A stretch of DNA of 64,000 bases, from the NCBI GenBank assembly GCA_951406725.2, contig OX597815.1, positions 64,666,001 through 64,730,000 of the forward strand, given 5' to 3'. The notes under the pieces were generated by a model, which was not told where the DNA came from, searched no databases, and saw nothing but the letters and a program-made list of their open reading frames with translations. The DNA comes from Octopus vulgaris (lineage: Eukaryota). Positions within the stretch are counted from its first letter, which is position 1. The number at the start of each line of letters is the position of its first letter. A program made the translations under genes and the position numbers. Shown here piece after piece: positions 41,252 through 53,090 of this stretch.

Positions 41252-41260
<9 letters not shown>
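40757..41260. mobile_element. Near-perfect ~500-bp fold-back element ending in (TA)n
   Basis: Arms 40757-40997 and 41017-41260 differ at only a few positions; 19-nt spacer. Confidence 0.92.
41005..41074 (+). ncRNA. Type I hammerhead ribozyme starting in the fold-back spacer
   Basis: atagcg-CTGAAGA (41011-41017)-aGGA..CAAACT/AGTTTG..TCCa-GAAAC (41056-41060)-ACCGT-GTT-cgctat. Confidence 0.75.
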
Positions 41261-41298
<38 letters not shown>

Positions 41299-41432
41299 AT
41301 ATGCACACGTTGTGTATACATTATAGGTCCACGTGTGTGTATATTCATGCAGATATGATTGTAATCACGTACAAATATCCTATCTAATTGCGTGTGCGTG
41401 CGTGATTTCAACTATGTGTTTGAATGAATACA

Positions 41433-41464
<32 letters not shown>

Positions 41465-41502
41465 CATATATATATATATACATACATACATACATATACA
41501 TA

Positions 41503-41542
41503 TGCTAAACCCTTAATGATATATATCATTAAGGGTTTAGCA
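41503..41542. repeat. Perfect 40-bp palindrome
   Basis: TGCTAAACCCTTAATGATAT|ATATCATTAAGGGTTTAGCA. Confidence 0.95.
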
Positions 41543-41989
41543 ACCAGTTTCTTCACCACATACCGAAAATTTAGAAATAGCAGCCAAAGACAGCTAATTC
41601 TTTTCACTACAGATATGACTCCACAGACAACAATACCTGTAACTCACATATGTGAATGACCTTGGCGCAGGCGGTACTAGGGGTGGCTGCTACTAAGGAG
41701 ATACGTCCGGGTTGTCGGTGCCCAGTGGCTTGAAATTTACCGGAAGGGCGTACCTCTGGTGACAGCAATACGATACCTCATATTTCTTGTTGATGGATAC
41801 TGCGGGTTGGTAAATGGTGTACACTTTGTCGCGGAGGCAAAACTGGCAATTAGAATCACCGGGTGAATATGGTGACGCCCTGTCGATAATAGTCCGCTTG
41901 ATGCTGGGTGTTTCGTCTCGGAGATCACGAAGTTTACAGAGAAAGCACGACCGGAAAGTGGATTTCTCTCTGTCCCTGGATCTAAATGA

Positions 41990-42840
41990 ATGTAATTGCT
42001 GGGAATATCTTCCCTTTTCCTTATATCCTTAAATGACTATTTGATCAGTATTAAACAATTTCTCAATCTACATATCCTCGCAGACAAAACAAAACATATT
42101 TATGAAACAAACATTTCAACACATTCAAGACTCCTCACAAGCGCCATCACTAAAACATACAAAAGAAAACGTAATTCCACATACACTGACATAAACACAG
42201 GAGCAAAAAAGCTAGCTATCTGCCTTAAGATAGAGGATCACGTGAACCACCTTGCCACACGACACCACCCCCATATTACACTTAATGACCATAAGCCTAA
42301 TTTCCATTCCAACCCCAAAAGTGAGATAGGTATCATTAGCAAGCGTATTCACGGTACATTCAACTCTGAGACCAGAAGGTCTGTAGGGTGACTCAATGGA
42401 ACTCCAGCGCAGCTGCACTAGACTGGTTCTGCGGTATCAAGAATAAATCAGCCTGGAAATTCACCCAACCATACGACCGATTTCATGTCCACCACACAGT
42501 CGATTTCCTACGGACTGCTATACCGCGTGACCTTTCCCGACCACTCGCAGGCTAACGTCCAGTAGTAAACATTGACTCTCTTCAATCGAACTTTCATTCA
42601 GATCCCAATGACTGAAGACTAGCCACACGCTTGAAACTCAGAGTACCAAGGAGTCTGAATCAAACTGTTTAAATATCCACATAACATGCTCAAATCCATG
42701 CAGTGCGCTTAATGCATTAGCTAAAATTACCCGGCATAACTCCGCCATTCACAGAAGATTTCATCAGTAGAAACTCTCACATGAACAGATCCCATTGATG
42801 TTTGTATAAGAAAAATTTATTCACCACCGCAAGATCAGTC
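41990..42840 (+). mobile_element. Penelope-like fragment (RT N-terminal part) plus terminal repeat with HHR-like motif
   Basis: ORF 41996-42391 ADKT..ITKTYK..ITLNDHKPNF..KSEIGIISK. CTGAAGA (42612-42618)..GAAAC-TCAGA-GTA (42633-42645) with decayed helix I. Confidence 0.7.
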
Positions 42841-42973
42841 GCCTGATGATCGACGACGTGGGGCAAGCGTGTCTGGATGGTATGAAGCTTGCTTCCCAGC
42901 CACATGATTCTGGGTTCAGTGCCACTGCGTGGAACCTTGGGCAAGTATCTTCTACTATAGCATCGGGCCGACC

Positions 42974-43600
42974 AAGGGTTTTCACAGTAAACACATTTAC
43001 TGGTGTAGAAAAACCGTTCGAAAACAATAATAAATCTCTAAACGAGATATAAACAGTAACTGCTCTATAACATAAGGGGCATTAGCCATCTGAATGTGGC
43101 TAGGGACAGGGCAGGGCGGTGGGGGTGTTACTGATGCATTTAGCCCCAGGCGATCATCAACGTCACCACCCACATTCAGATGGCTAATGCCCCTTATGTT
43201 ATAGAGCAGTTACTGTTTATATCCCGTTAGAGATTTATTATTGCTTTCGAACGGTTTTTTTACACCAGTAAATGTGTTTACTGTGAAAACCCTTAAATAT
43301 AGCCTGTACAGAGAGTTATTCGTCGGAGAAAGCGGTGCTTACCATGCGTTGATAATAGGCAAATACCTTGAAACCTGGTCCGTATGTAGCATCCGCTTCT
43401 TCGGGGAATGACCTCCCTTTGCAGGCTAGAGAACACCAAGATGGTGTCAGCCCTCCTGGTGACGTTGATGATCGCCTGGGGCTAAATGCATCAGTAACAC
43501 CCCCACCGCCCTGCCCTGTCCCTAGCCACATTCAGATGGCTAATGCCCCTTATGTTATAGAGCAGTTTCTGTTTATATCTCGTTTAGAGATTTATTATTG

Positions 43601-43601
<1 letters not shown>
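42974..43601. mobile_element. Retrozyme-like element: 356-bp monomer with partial direct repeat and inverted 5' copy
   Basis: 43170-43245 is repeated at 43526-43601. 42974-43168 is the reverse complement of 43457-43601 continued by 43246-43294. Ends in (TA)n. Confidence 0.85.
43325..43403 (+). ncRNA. Type I HHR with U3-A8 variant core and long helix I
   Basis: aagcgg-tgct-tac-catgcg-TTGATAA (43349-43355)-tAGG caaata CCTt-GAAAC-CTG-GTC (43378-43380)-cgtatg-t-agca-t-ccgctt. Confidence 0.75.
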
Positions 43602-43639
<38 letters not shown>

Positions 43640-43640
<1 letters not shown>

Positions 43641-44767
43641 AGGATATGAAAGGTAATGGTGTCAAGAAGACCTAAAGGTGTCAGGTAATGCTGAGTAAGT
43701 GCTATGGACAGACTATAGTTAAGCTCCAGGTTCGGTGATTATGCGAATGAGGAGTCCAACGTAGATCATATGTCAGCATGTGTATATATAAAAAAAATTA
43801 ACCGAATGAGATAAAAATCCAAGGCTATAAAGATTTCAGACTATTTATAAATAGGTCTTACAGCTGTTTCCGGGATACTTAATATATCCCTTCATCGGAG
43901 ACGGTGTGAGAGAATGGTTAAGCAATATTTCCTCTAGATAAGATATGAAATAGAGAGTGAAGTGGAGGAATGAAAATAGACGTGAGATATTGTATCTTCA
44001 GTTCCATTATTTAGGCAGAATGGTATACATATAAGATACCTGTACCTTTAGATTAAGTTCCAATAGTATTTATAATTGGTCATTCCAATCCAAGCATAGT
44101 GTAAACGGTGTTATTGAATCGAGTTTTTTTTTTTTTTTTTAGGTGACTTAAAAGTTGGTAATCACATACTGAGAGATTTTCTTAGCCCGTTTGCTTTCGG
44201 ACTGTCGATTTCAGTAGTTATTATCAGCGTATTTTGGCTATTTAAATAAAAGTTTTGACTGTTATTTCTAGCAGGTAAACATACCTAGTATGTCCTTTGA
44301 TTAATTTTAATTCTTCAGCTATTTAATACTTTTGGAGTGGGGTTGCAATCGCCTATATTATTGATTCTGTTATTATCATTTTTAAATTGTTAAACTAGAT
44401 AATGATAGAGTCAATGATATCTTCGCAAATATTTTCTCCTGAATTATTTGCTCCGTATTGAAAATTATTTTCACACTGGTGGCTGCCATGATTCGGCGCA
44501 AAACCAATCAGTTGCAGCGCAGGTTTCAACGTGACGGGTTGGGGCTCTCCATCATGGTAACGCGTACTGAGGACGATGAGGCTGTAATGCCAGTCCAGAA
44601 ACCGGTCCACGTAAGTCCAAATACTTCAATGTATGCTGAGAGATTGTCTAACCCCGTTTGCCTTCGGATAGCTGATTTATCTACTTATTATCAGTGTATT
44701 TTGGCGATTTAAATAAAAGTTTTGACTATTATTTCCAGCAGGTAGACATACGTAGTATGTCCTTTGA

Positions 44768-44772
<5 letters not shown>
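43640..44772 (-). mobile_element. PLE-type 3' region between (TA)n tracts with ~95-bp direct duplication
   Basis: 44210-44305 is similar to 44675-44772. Contains the HHR at 43855-43902. Confidence 0.6.
43855..43902 (-). ncRNA. Type I HHR, U4C core variant
   Basis: Minus strand: gtct-CCGATGA-a-GGGATA-tattaag-TATCCC-g-GAAAC-AGCT-GTA-agac. Confidence 0.85.
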
Positions 44773-44829
<57 letters not shown>

Positions 44830-45038
44830 TCTCTGTCTGTTTTTGTTACTCTCCCCATCACCGTTTGACAACCAGTATTGATGTGTTTCCGTCCCCGTAT
44901 TCTAGCGGTTCAGCAAAAGAAATCGATAGAATAAGCACCAGATTTAAAAAGTGCTGGGGTTGATATATTTGACTAAAAGTTCTTTAAGGCGGTGCCCCAG
45001 CATGGCCGGAGTCTAATGAGTGAAACAAGTAAAAGAGA
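44830..45038 (+). mobile_element. SINE family A, 3' half
   Basis: TTGACAACC...GATAGAATAAG...GGCGGTGCCCCAGCATGGCCG...GAAACAAGTAAAAGAG. Confidence 0.8.
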
Positions 45039-45348
45039 CGTGAAACTCTGAGTAGTAACTCACTCAAATGAACATCATTCCACTCCTGCCAAAACAATAT
45101 TTGAGTTCTTTCTTTCACTTAAATACATTTCACATTAGCGTGGTACCATAGAATATTTTGTACGCCTATAAGTGTGTGCTTATTTGAGGCTGTCATCACG
45201 ATAATACATACGTATTTTCTGTACGCCATAACACTAAAAGATATGGTCTTATACATACAAATGAATGTGTGAATACTGCTATATAAATTTGCATTTATAT
45301 CTGTACTTAGCCGTCAAAACACATTCACGCACACACACAAACACACAC

Positions 45349-45439
<91 letters not shown>

Positions 45440-46698
45440 CGCATTTTCAGATATAATACACCAACATAAACATACATGAACACGCAAACATATAATCGCA
45501 ATCATACATTCATACTTACGCTGATATACACAAACATAAATGTGTGTATGTGTGTGTGTGTGCTTGTGTCTGTATCTGTGTGTGTATGTGGACGTATACA
45601 TATATATATATACATAAACATATGCATAGATATATCTATATCTATCAATTTATATGTGTGTATGTGTGTATATATATACACAGATACATACATACGCATA
45701 CATACGTACATATGTATATACGCACGTATATCCGTGCTTACATACAAATCGAGTAGATTAAAAGTCCATCGATTTACAAGCGCCAACCCTCTCCCCCTAA
45801 CCCCCAACCCCATCCATTCCCTAAGCCTCCCACTTCTCCTCCTCCCCATTCACCTCTGAAGTGATCACACCAGTTCGTTCTCTGCATTTATTAACATCAG
45901 CCGTCGTAGCGCCGCCATTGTATAGAAGATTGTACCAGCACAAACTCACATCTAATGTCACCATCGCCAACACCGTCATCACCATCACCATCACCACCAA
46001 CTCCATTACTACCACTAGCGCCACCAACTTCTGATTAGTTACGTGTGAAGAGAGGTCATGTAACGAAGTTCTCCCGTGAACTTGCCAACCTCCGAATCGC
46101 CATCGCAAACCTCCTGCCTGTCTCTTCTAAATCGTATAGGCGCCAGTCATTTACCACTCACAGACCACGACTAACATTCTCTGATTAGGAAGTGACTTCC
46201 ACTGAGTTACGTGGAACGAAATTTCTTAGGGGTCGCCCTTTGTGTGTGTGTGTGTGTGTTTGTGTGTGTACGCGCGTTTGTGTGTGTGTGTGCGTGCGCG
46301 CACGTGTGCCTGTGTGTGTGTATGCCTGTGAATGCGTGCATGTGTATCTGTGGGTTTGTGCGTGTGTGTGTATGTGTGCCTGTATAGATGTGTTGATGCG
46401 TGTGTGTCGGTGTGTTTGTGTTTGAATGTGTGAAAGTGTCCTTCTTTCAGAGTGTGTGTGCATGTGTGTGTGTGTGTGTGTGTGATATATATTTTGTTAT
46501 CGCTTGGTTATGGTTATTATGTAGGTGATGGTGGTGGTAGAGTCGGTGGTAGCCAGTAGTAGTTACAATAATGGTTCTATAGTAATTTTGGCAATGACGA
46601 AGACTACAACGAGGACGACGACAATGATGGTGGTGGTGGTGGTGGTGGTTGTGGTGATATTGGTAGTGGTGGTGGTGGCCGTGGTGATGATGATAATA

Positions 46699-46730
<32 letters not shown>

Positions 46731-46992
46731 GTTGTTGGTAGTGGCGTCGGTGGGGGTTTTTTTCTGTGTCACTGTCGTCGTCGTCGTCGCCGTCGTCTCA
46801 TTGTTCATGGTGATGTTTAGCCGTAAGCAAGTACTGATTGAGCAAAACTCTTATCAATAGCGTTCCAACTATGACCATCCTGCCCTTTTATGTATCATTC
46901 TCAATATTGTTGTTGCCATTGCTGCTGCTGCTTTGTAGTCCCCGGCAACAAAACTCAACAAACACAGACAAACGCAGGATACAGAGGTACTT

Positions 46993-47236
46993 CGACGATT
47001 TCATCTCAATCGAAGGAGAGGGTCTTTCTCCGTCCGGGTTGCGGATCTGTGGAATAAGCTGCCGGACGAGATAGTGAAGATGCCGACGACCGCTCGGTTC
47101 AAAGTCTCTCTTGACCAAAAATGGCCTGAACTCTTTGCATGAACACCCTCTCTGAACATAACTCCATGTCCCCCTACATGGTCTTGCTTTTTGCTTTTTG
47201 AGCCAAAAAATTAACTTAACTTAACTTAACTTAACT
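46993..47236 (+). mobile_element. Short CR1 LINE 3' end with (TTAAC)n tail
   Basis: RRFHLNRRRGSFSVRVADLWNKLPDEIV..FKVSLDQKWPELFA*. Homolog of 11597-11882. Confidence 0.8.
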
Positions 47237-47303
47237 GGATGCGACCAACAGATTCAGTACTGCTTATTATTTCATGACACGTCAAAGTTTGCATTGTTGA
47301 AAA

Positions 47304-47650
47304 CAGCGTTTCTCAACCGGGGTTCCCTGGAATCCTAGGGTTCCGCAAAAGGCTCCTAGGGGTTCCGTGAGAGAAGCTAATGCTAATTTCATGATCGTAA
47401 TGGAGACAAACTATACATGCACAGCATAATATTGGTTATTGTAACATTGTAATATTATGTATACACATACACACACACACACACACGCGCGCGCGTGCAT
47501 ATATATATATATATAATATTTACTACGTGAACTACGATGAAAAAATATGAGAAAGATATGATATATAATTTTTTTTTTTGTTCAGGGGTTCCTTGAGACA
47601 TGTAATTTATCTTTAGGGTTACACAAGGGTAAAAAGGTTGAAAAGCACTG
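47304..47650. mobile_element. hAT (Charlie-like) MITE
   Basis: TIRs CAGCGTTTCTCAACC / GGTTGAAAAGCACTG. Imperfect 8-bp TSD GTTGAAAA / GTTGGAAG. Confidence 0.8.
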
Positions 47651-48045
47651 GTTGGAAGACAAGGAAGAGGTGGTGGGAGTCACACATGAATAAGTGACGC
47701 TAGTAACCATAGATATTGCTGTTGTTTAGCATCAGGTTAGCCAACACTGATTGAACAGTCCTAAATTCAAAGAAATCTTCCTGCCACGACCATTTCCTAC
47801 TTTCACCAGGCATTACATAGCCATCACTTGCGTTATTCATCTTTTCGGGGTTTTCTCAAAGCGGAAGTCGTAACTTAAAAGATATTGCCTGTTATTTTTA
47901 GTAGACCAGACAACCTAGTCGCTCCCGCTTTTGTTTGTTGCTACTATCAATGGCCAAGGTAGGACTTGTGTCTGAAAGTAGCAGTAGTGATGGTGGTGTT
48001 GGTGGTGGTGTTTATGCTGGTGGATATTGATATTGGTGTGGTAAT

Positions 48046-49705
48046 GTGAGGTTGAATCGCTGCAATGCACAACAACATCTGTTCAGTGGTCAAAGTGAAC
48101 GGTCACCTCTCAGAGCCGTTCAACATTTTGCGCTCCGTCCGAGCTACTACTACGGCATCCCGCGTGACCTAGGATGTGGGAAATGCGTGTCGGCATATGC
48201 CGAGGATGTCACCGTAGCGGTGTCGGATCATAAACACATAGAAATGATCGGCACCGCTCTCAGGAACTACGAGGCGGTTTCAGGAGCGACAATTAACCAA
48301 GAAAAATCAGTGGGCTTGCGGCTCGGCACCTGGAGAAGCAAGTCCATGCCGTCCAATTGCGTCGTTGGGCGCTGGACGGACGGACCGGTTAAATTGCTCG
48401 TGATCTGGTTCGGTCCAGACTTCCAGATGAACAAGAATTGGGACGAGGTAACGAACAGGGTGAGTACTCCTACCCAGAAATGGGCCGAGAGAAAACTGTC
48501 TCTGAAAGGTCGGGCAGAGGTGGCTAACGCGTATATCGCATCAGTCATCTACTATCACCTAACTGTCGAGTCTTGTCCTGGCCACCGACTGATTATGCTG
48601 GAGTGTACAGGGGCGTGTCCCGATGGTCAGGCGGTCTACCCGCAGTCAGCATCCGCTGCGTAGTGACTAAGGCTACGACATCTCTAGTGCTTCCTTGACG
48701 GTGAGCAAGTGTGGTCGCCGTTCGCCAAACCCGTATTTCCGCAGCTTGTTTCTTAAACGGAACTGCAGTCCTGGGTAAAAGAGAGACCGAGGGGGAGCAT
48801 TTGGAAAGTGTAATGTCTTCAAGCACTCACAAACGTCAGTCAATCGGACAGTGCGATAGGTGGAAAGTCCACTTTAGCTTTTTATAGAGGATTAGCAGAG
48901 GAAAAGTGCGACGACATTCTTTGGGAGACCTTGGGCGTCGAAGATCAGATAGCCTCTTTTCCGGAGAACTTTCGGCCCAAGACCAATGGACAATTTCCAA
49001 AAATATTTGGCCTGGCAGTGCTACGGGGGAGCTTTGCCTGTTCGAGATAAACTTTACAGGCTCGGAAGTGCCGTCAGCCGAGCATGTCCGAGATGCGCAC
49101 AGGACGTCGAGATGGTCCTACATGCACTCGTCCAGTGCCCGAGCATTGCTGACCTGTGGGACGGACCTGGCTGTCAACTGAATCCATCGTGAAGATTGCC
49201 CCCCCCCCTACCTTCCTTTAACCGGGAAGGAAAAGCTGTTTTTATATGCCTGGTGGCCATGGCGAAAGAAGTTGTGTGGTAGACGGGATTGAAAGGGCTG
49301 GAGACAAACACTTTTCTCTTTGGTCAATCTCTGATAAACTTCTTCAAGTTTCACTTGAAAAGAAAAATAAGGGTAGAGAGGGAAGTGTTGCCTTCTAGTC
49401 AGTTTGCCGAAAGGTGGATGAAAGTGGCGAAAATGATACGGGTAAAAAGGCCTGCCCTGAGCATATGCCAGTAGTTGGAAAGAGAAAAGGAAACGGAAAA
49501 ATGTACCTGTCCCAAAAGTCAGGGGACCCATGGTTTTTATGCGGTTTTTCCATCAGCAGACCTCGAACGTAAGGATTACACATTGTTGATCTCCCTTTTT
49601 TTTTCTTTAATTCTATTACTCTTGTTTACACGCAAAACACTACTCACACGCACATATACACACACATTTTTTGTTTTTTGTCCTGTGCTGTCCATGTTTA
49701 TCTTC
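48046..49705 (+). mobile_element. L1/Tx1-type LINE ORF2 fragment (RT end and CCHC)
   Basis: SAYAEDVTV, SGATINQEKS, LSLKGRAEVAN, CPRCAQDVEMVLHALVQCP. Confidence 0.85.
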
Positions 49706-49711
49706 ATGTAA

Positions 49712-50004
49712 ACCAGTGGTTAGAGCGTCGAGCTTACGATCGTGAGGTTGTGAGCTCGAATCCCGGACCGGGCTGCGTGTTGTGTTCTCGAGCAAGGCAC
49801 TTTATTTCACGTTGCTCCAGTTCACTCAGCTGTAGAAATGAGTTGCGACGTCACTGGTGCCAAGCTGTATCGACCTTTGTCTTTCCCTTGGATAACACTG
49901 GTGGCGTGGAGAGGGGAGGCTGGTATGCATGGGCGATTGCTGGCCTTCCATAAACAACCTTGCCCGGACTTGTGTCTAGGAGGGTAACTTTCTAGGTGCA
50001 ATCC

Positions 50005-50005
<1 letters not shown>
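49712..50005 (+). mobile_element. tRNA-derived SINE family D, cut by (ATT)n and a Dong-like insertion
   Basis: AGTGGTTAGAGCGTCG...GAGCTCGAATCCC head. The body matches the reverse complement of 37255-37600. Confidence 0.85.
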
Positions 50006-50077
<72 letters not shown>

Positions 50078-50080
<3 letters not shown>

Positions 50081-52022
50081 TAGTTTTATTTTTATATCGT
50101 GCTTTCACTTCACTACCGAGCGCAGCTGTGTGCCTTGGGCATGTCTTGTGATTTGTTGTGGTTCTCTGATGGTTACTGTATTGAAAGTGTTTTGCGTAGG
50201 ATGTGTTCAGTGCCCAGTAGTGCAATTTTCTGTATGTTATATGTGTTTGTAAGTCCTGGTGTTTTTGATATGTATTTGTCTGAATATTTTTTTATCATGC
50301 CTAATGCGCCTACTATAATAGGAATTGTTTCTGTTTTTAGATTCCACATTCAAGTTACCTCTATTTCCAGGTCTTTGTATTTTGAAAGTTTCTCCATTTC
50401 CTTAGAGACACGTTGTCATCTGCTGGTATTGATACATCAATTAGAAAGCATTTATTTTCTCCATGATCTCTGACAACTATATCTGGTCTGTTGGCCATAA
50501 TTTCTCTATCTGTGTATATTGGCATATCCCAGAGTATGGTTGCTTTCTCGTTTTCTGTGACCTTTTCTGGTGTGCGCCTATACCATCTTTTTTTCTGTTA
50601 TTCCATAATGTTGGCATAGCTTCCAGTGTATGTAGCTCCCAACTCTGTCATGCCTGTGAATATATTCCTTCTTAGCCAGGACTAGGCAGCCAGTGATAAT
50701 ATGATTTATTGTTTCTTGTCTATCTCCACATATTCTTCAGTTACTTGTTATATTTCTTTTCATTGCATGTTTTTGGTAATTTCTGGTGGGAAAGCTTTGG
50801 TCTTGCGCTGCAATTAAAAATCATTCTTTCTCTGCTTTGAGTCCTGAGCTTCTCAACCATTGCTGGGATTTTTCTTTGTCTATTTCTTTTGCATTAGTTT
50901 AGTCCAGTATTCGCCATGAAGGGGCTTTTTTGCCATCGTTTTATCATGTTCCGTTGCTGTTCTAATTTTAGTTTTGATTTCATTTGCTTTATAGCTTCTT
51001 CTTCTTCTTCTTCTTCTTCTTCTTCTTCTTCTTCTTCTTCTTCTTCTTCTTCTTCTTCTTCTTCTTCTTCTTCTTCTTCTTCTTCTTCTTCTTCTTCTTC
51101 ATATTTGTTTAGTGGTATGATATCTTGTTTGTATTTGTCAGCTTCCTTAAATACTGAGAACAGTTTTTTGTTTTGCTCGTGTTTTGCCGCTATTTGTATA
51201 AGTTTTCCTTCCTTCTGAAGTAGGTATTTTTGCAGTCCTATGGTGGATATTTTATAATAGTTTTCCAGCTTTATAAGGCCTCTACCACTATGTCAGATTT
51301 TGGGTGATACATCCTAGATCCTGTCATTATTTTTTCTTGTTTGCCTATCTATTTTAGTTAGTTCATTTAGCGTCCAGTTAAGGATATTGTAGCTGTAACT
51401 TATAACTGGGACGGCTAAAGTGTTAATACCTATTATCTTGTTTTTTGCATTGAGCTCTGTTTTTAGTATTGATCTAACTTGTCTATAGTATTCTTTCTTT
51501 ATTTTCTCTTTCATTTGTGTGTTGTGTCTTATCTAGTTCATGGATTCCTAAATATTTGTAAGTTTGGCTTTGTCTAATTCTCTTATTTCATTGGCTTTAT
51601 CTAGTGTGATATTGCTACTTTTAACTAGTTTTCCTCTTTTCAGGGTTACTTTGGCGTATTTTTCTAATCCAAATTTCATATATATTTCTTTGGTAAAACC
51701 ATGAACTGTCTTTAGTCGTGTTTCCAGCTGTTTGTCATTTGTAGCGTATAGTTTTAGGTCATCCATATATAAAAGGTGGCTGATCGTTTTGCTATAAGAT
51801 TTATATCCGCATCCAGTTCTATTTAGCATATCAGATAGAGGTGACAGTGCCAAGCAGAAAAGGAATGGAGAGAGCGTGTCTCCCTGGAATATTCCTCTTC
51901 TAATGGGGATGTCTTTGGTTTTCATGAGTCCCTCTTTTGTTTGGAGTTGTAGCACTGTCTGCCATTTATTCATAGAGTGCCCTATGTATTTTATAATTGT
52001 TGGTGCTACCTTGTTAATGGCT
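50078..52022 (-). mobile_element. R4/Dong-like LINE, 5'-truncated (RT, CCHC and RLE), inserted in (TAA)n
   Basis: RGIFQGDTLSP and HLLYMDDLKLY (51548-51973), LKTELNAKNKI (51314-51514), RLE near 50300-50500. (ATT)n on both sides; internal (GAA)n at ~50995-51100. Confidence 0.9.
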
Positions 52023-52077
52023 ATTATTATTATTATTATAATTAATGGCTATTATTATTATTGTAATAATTAATGGC

Positions 52078-52126
<49 letters not shown>

Positions 52127-52130
52127 CATA

Positions 52131-52430
52131 GTGAGGGCGTATATCTTAGCGGTTATGGTGTTGCACTCACGGTCTAGCGATCGCGATTTTAATTCCTAGA
52201 CCGGGTGATGCGTTGTGTTCTTGAGCAAAACACTTCATCTCACGTTGCTCTACGATCACTTCGATACCTGACACATGGTACACCGTGCATCTGTTCTAGC
52301 AACGTCAATTTGATGGAGGGAGTGAGCTAATGTACAGCACATACATTTGATCACTATGAATAAATCATTTGTGCAGGTCGTTCGGCAAATGATGAACGCT
52401 CATACGTTGTCTTCGGTGAGAGAGCCTATC
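52131..52430 (+). mobile_element. Diverged tRNA-derived SINE
   Basis: Head similar to family D (GCGTTGTGTTCTTGAGCAAAACACTTCAT). Confidence 0.6.
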
Positions 52431-52442
52431 ATTGTTATTATT

Positions 52443-52640
52443 AAGGCAGCGAGCTGGCACAATGCTTAGCGGTATTTCGTCCTTCTTTATGTTCTGAGTT
52501 CAAATTCCGCCGAGGAATACTTTGCTTTTCATCGTTTCCGTATCGATAAAATAATTACCAGTTGGAGCACTGGGGCTGATGTAATAGACTTGCCCTTCTC
52601 TTCAAAATCACTGGCCTAGTGCCAAAAATTAGAAAGAATT
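52443..52640 (+). mobile_element. SINE family B
   Basis: GGCAGCGAGCTGGCA...GAGTTCAAATTCCGCCGAG. Confidence 0.7.
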
Positions 52641-52648
52641 ATTATTAT

Positions 52649-52714
<66 letters not shown>

Positions 52715-53090
52715 GAGTAGTAGTAGTAGTAGTAGGAGGAGGAGGAGGAGGAGGAGGAGGAGGAAGGAGGAAGAGGAGGAGGAGGAGGAGGAGGAAGAGG
52801 AGGAGGAGGAGGAGGAGGAGGAGGAAGAGGAGGAAGAGGTGGAGGAGGAGAAGGAGGAGGAGGAGGAAGAGGAGGAGGAGGAGGAGGAGGAAGAGGTGGA
52901 GGAGGAGGAGGAGGAGGAGGAGGAAGAGGAGGAAGAGGTGGAGGAGGAGGAGGAGGAGGAGGAGGAGGAGGAGGAGGAGGAGGAGGAGGAGGAGGAGGAA
53001 GAGGAGGAGGAGGAGGAAGAGGAGGAAGAGGAGGAGGAAGAGGAAGAGGAGGAGGAGGAGGAGGAGGAGGAGGAGGAGGAGGAGGTGGAG
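52640..53090. repeat. Compound (TAG)n then (GAG/GAA)n purine tract
   Basis: Read directly from the sequence. The poly-E ORF is an artefact. Confidence 0.95.
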
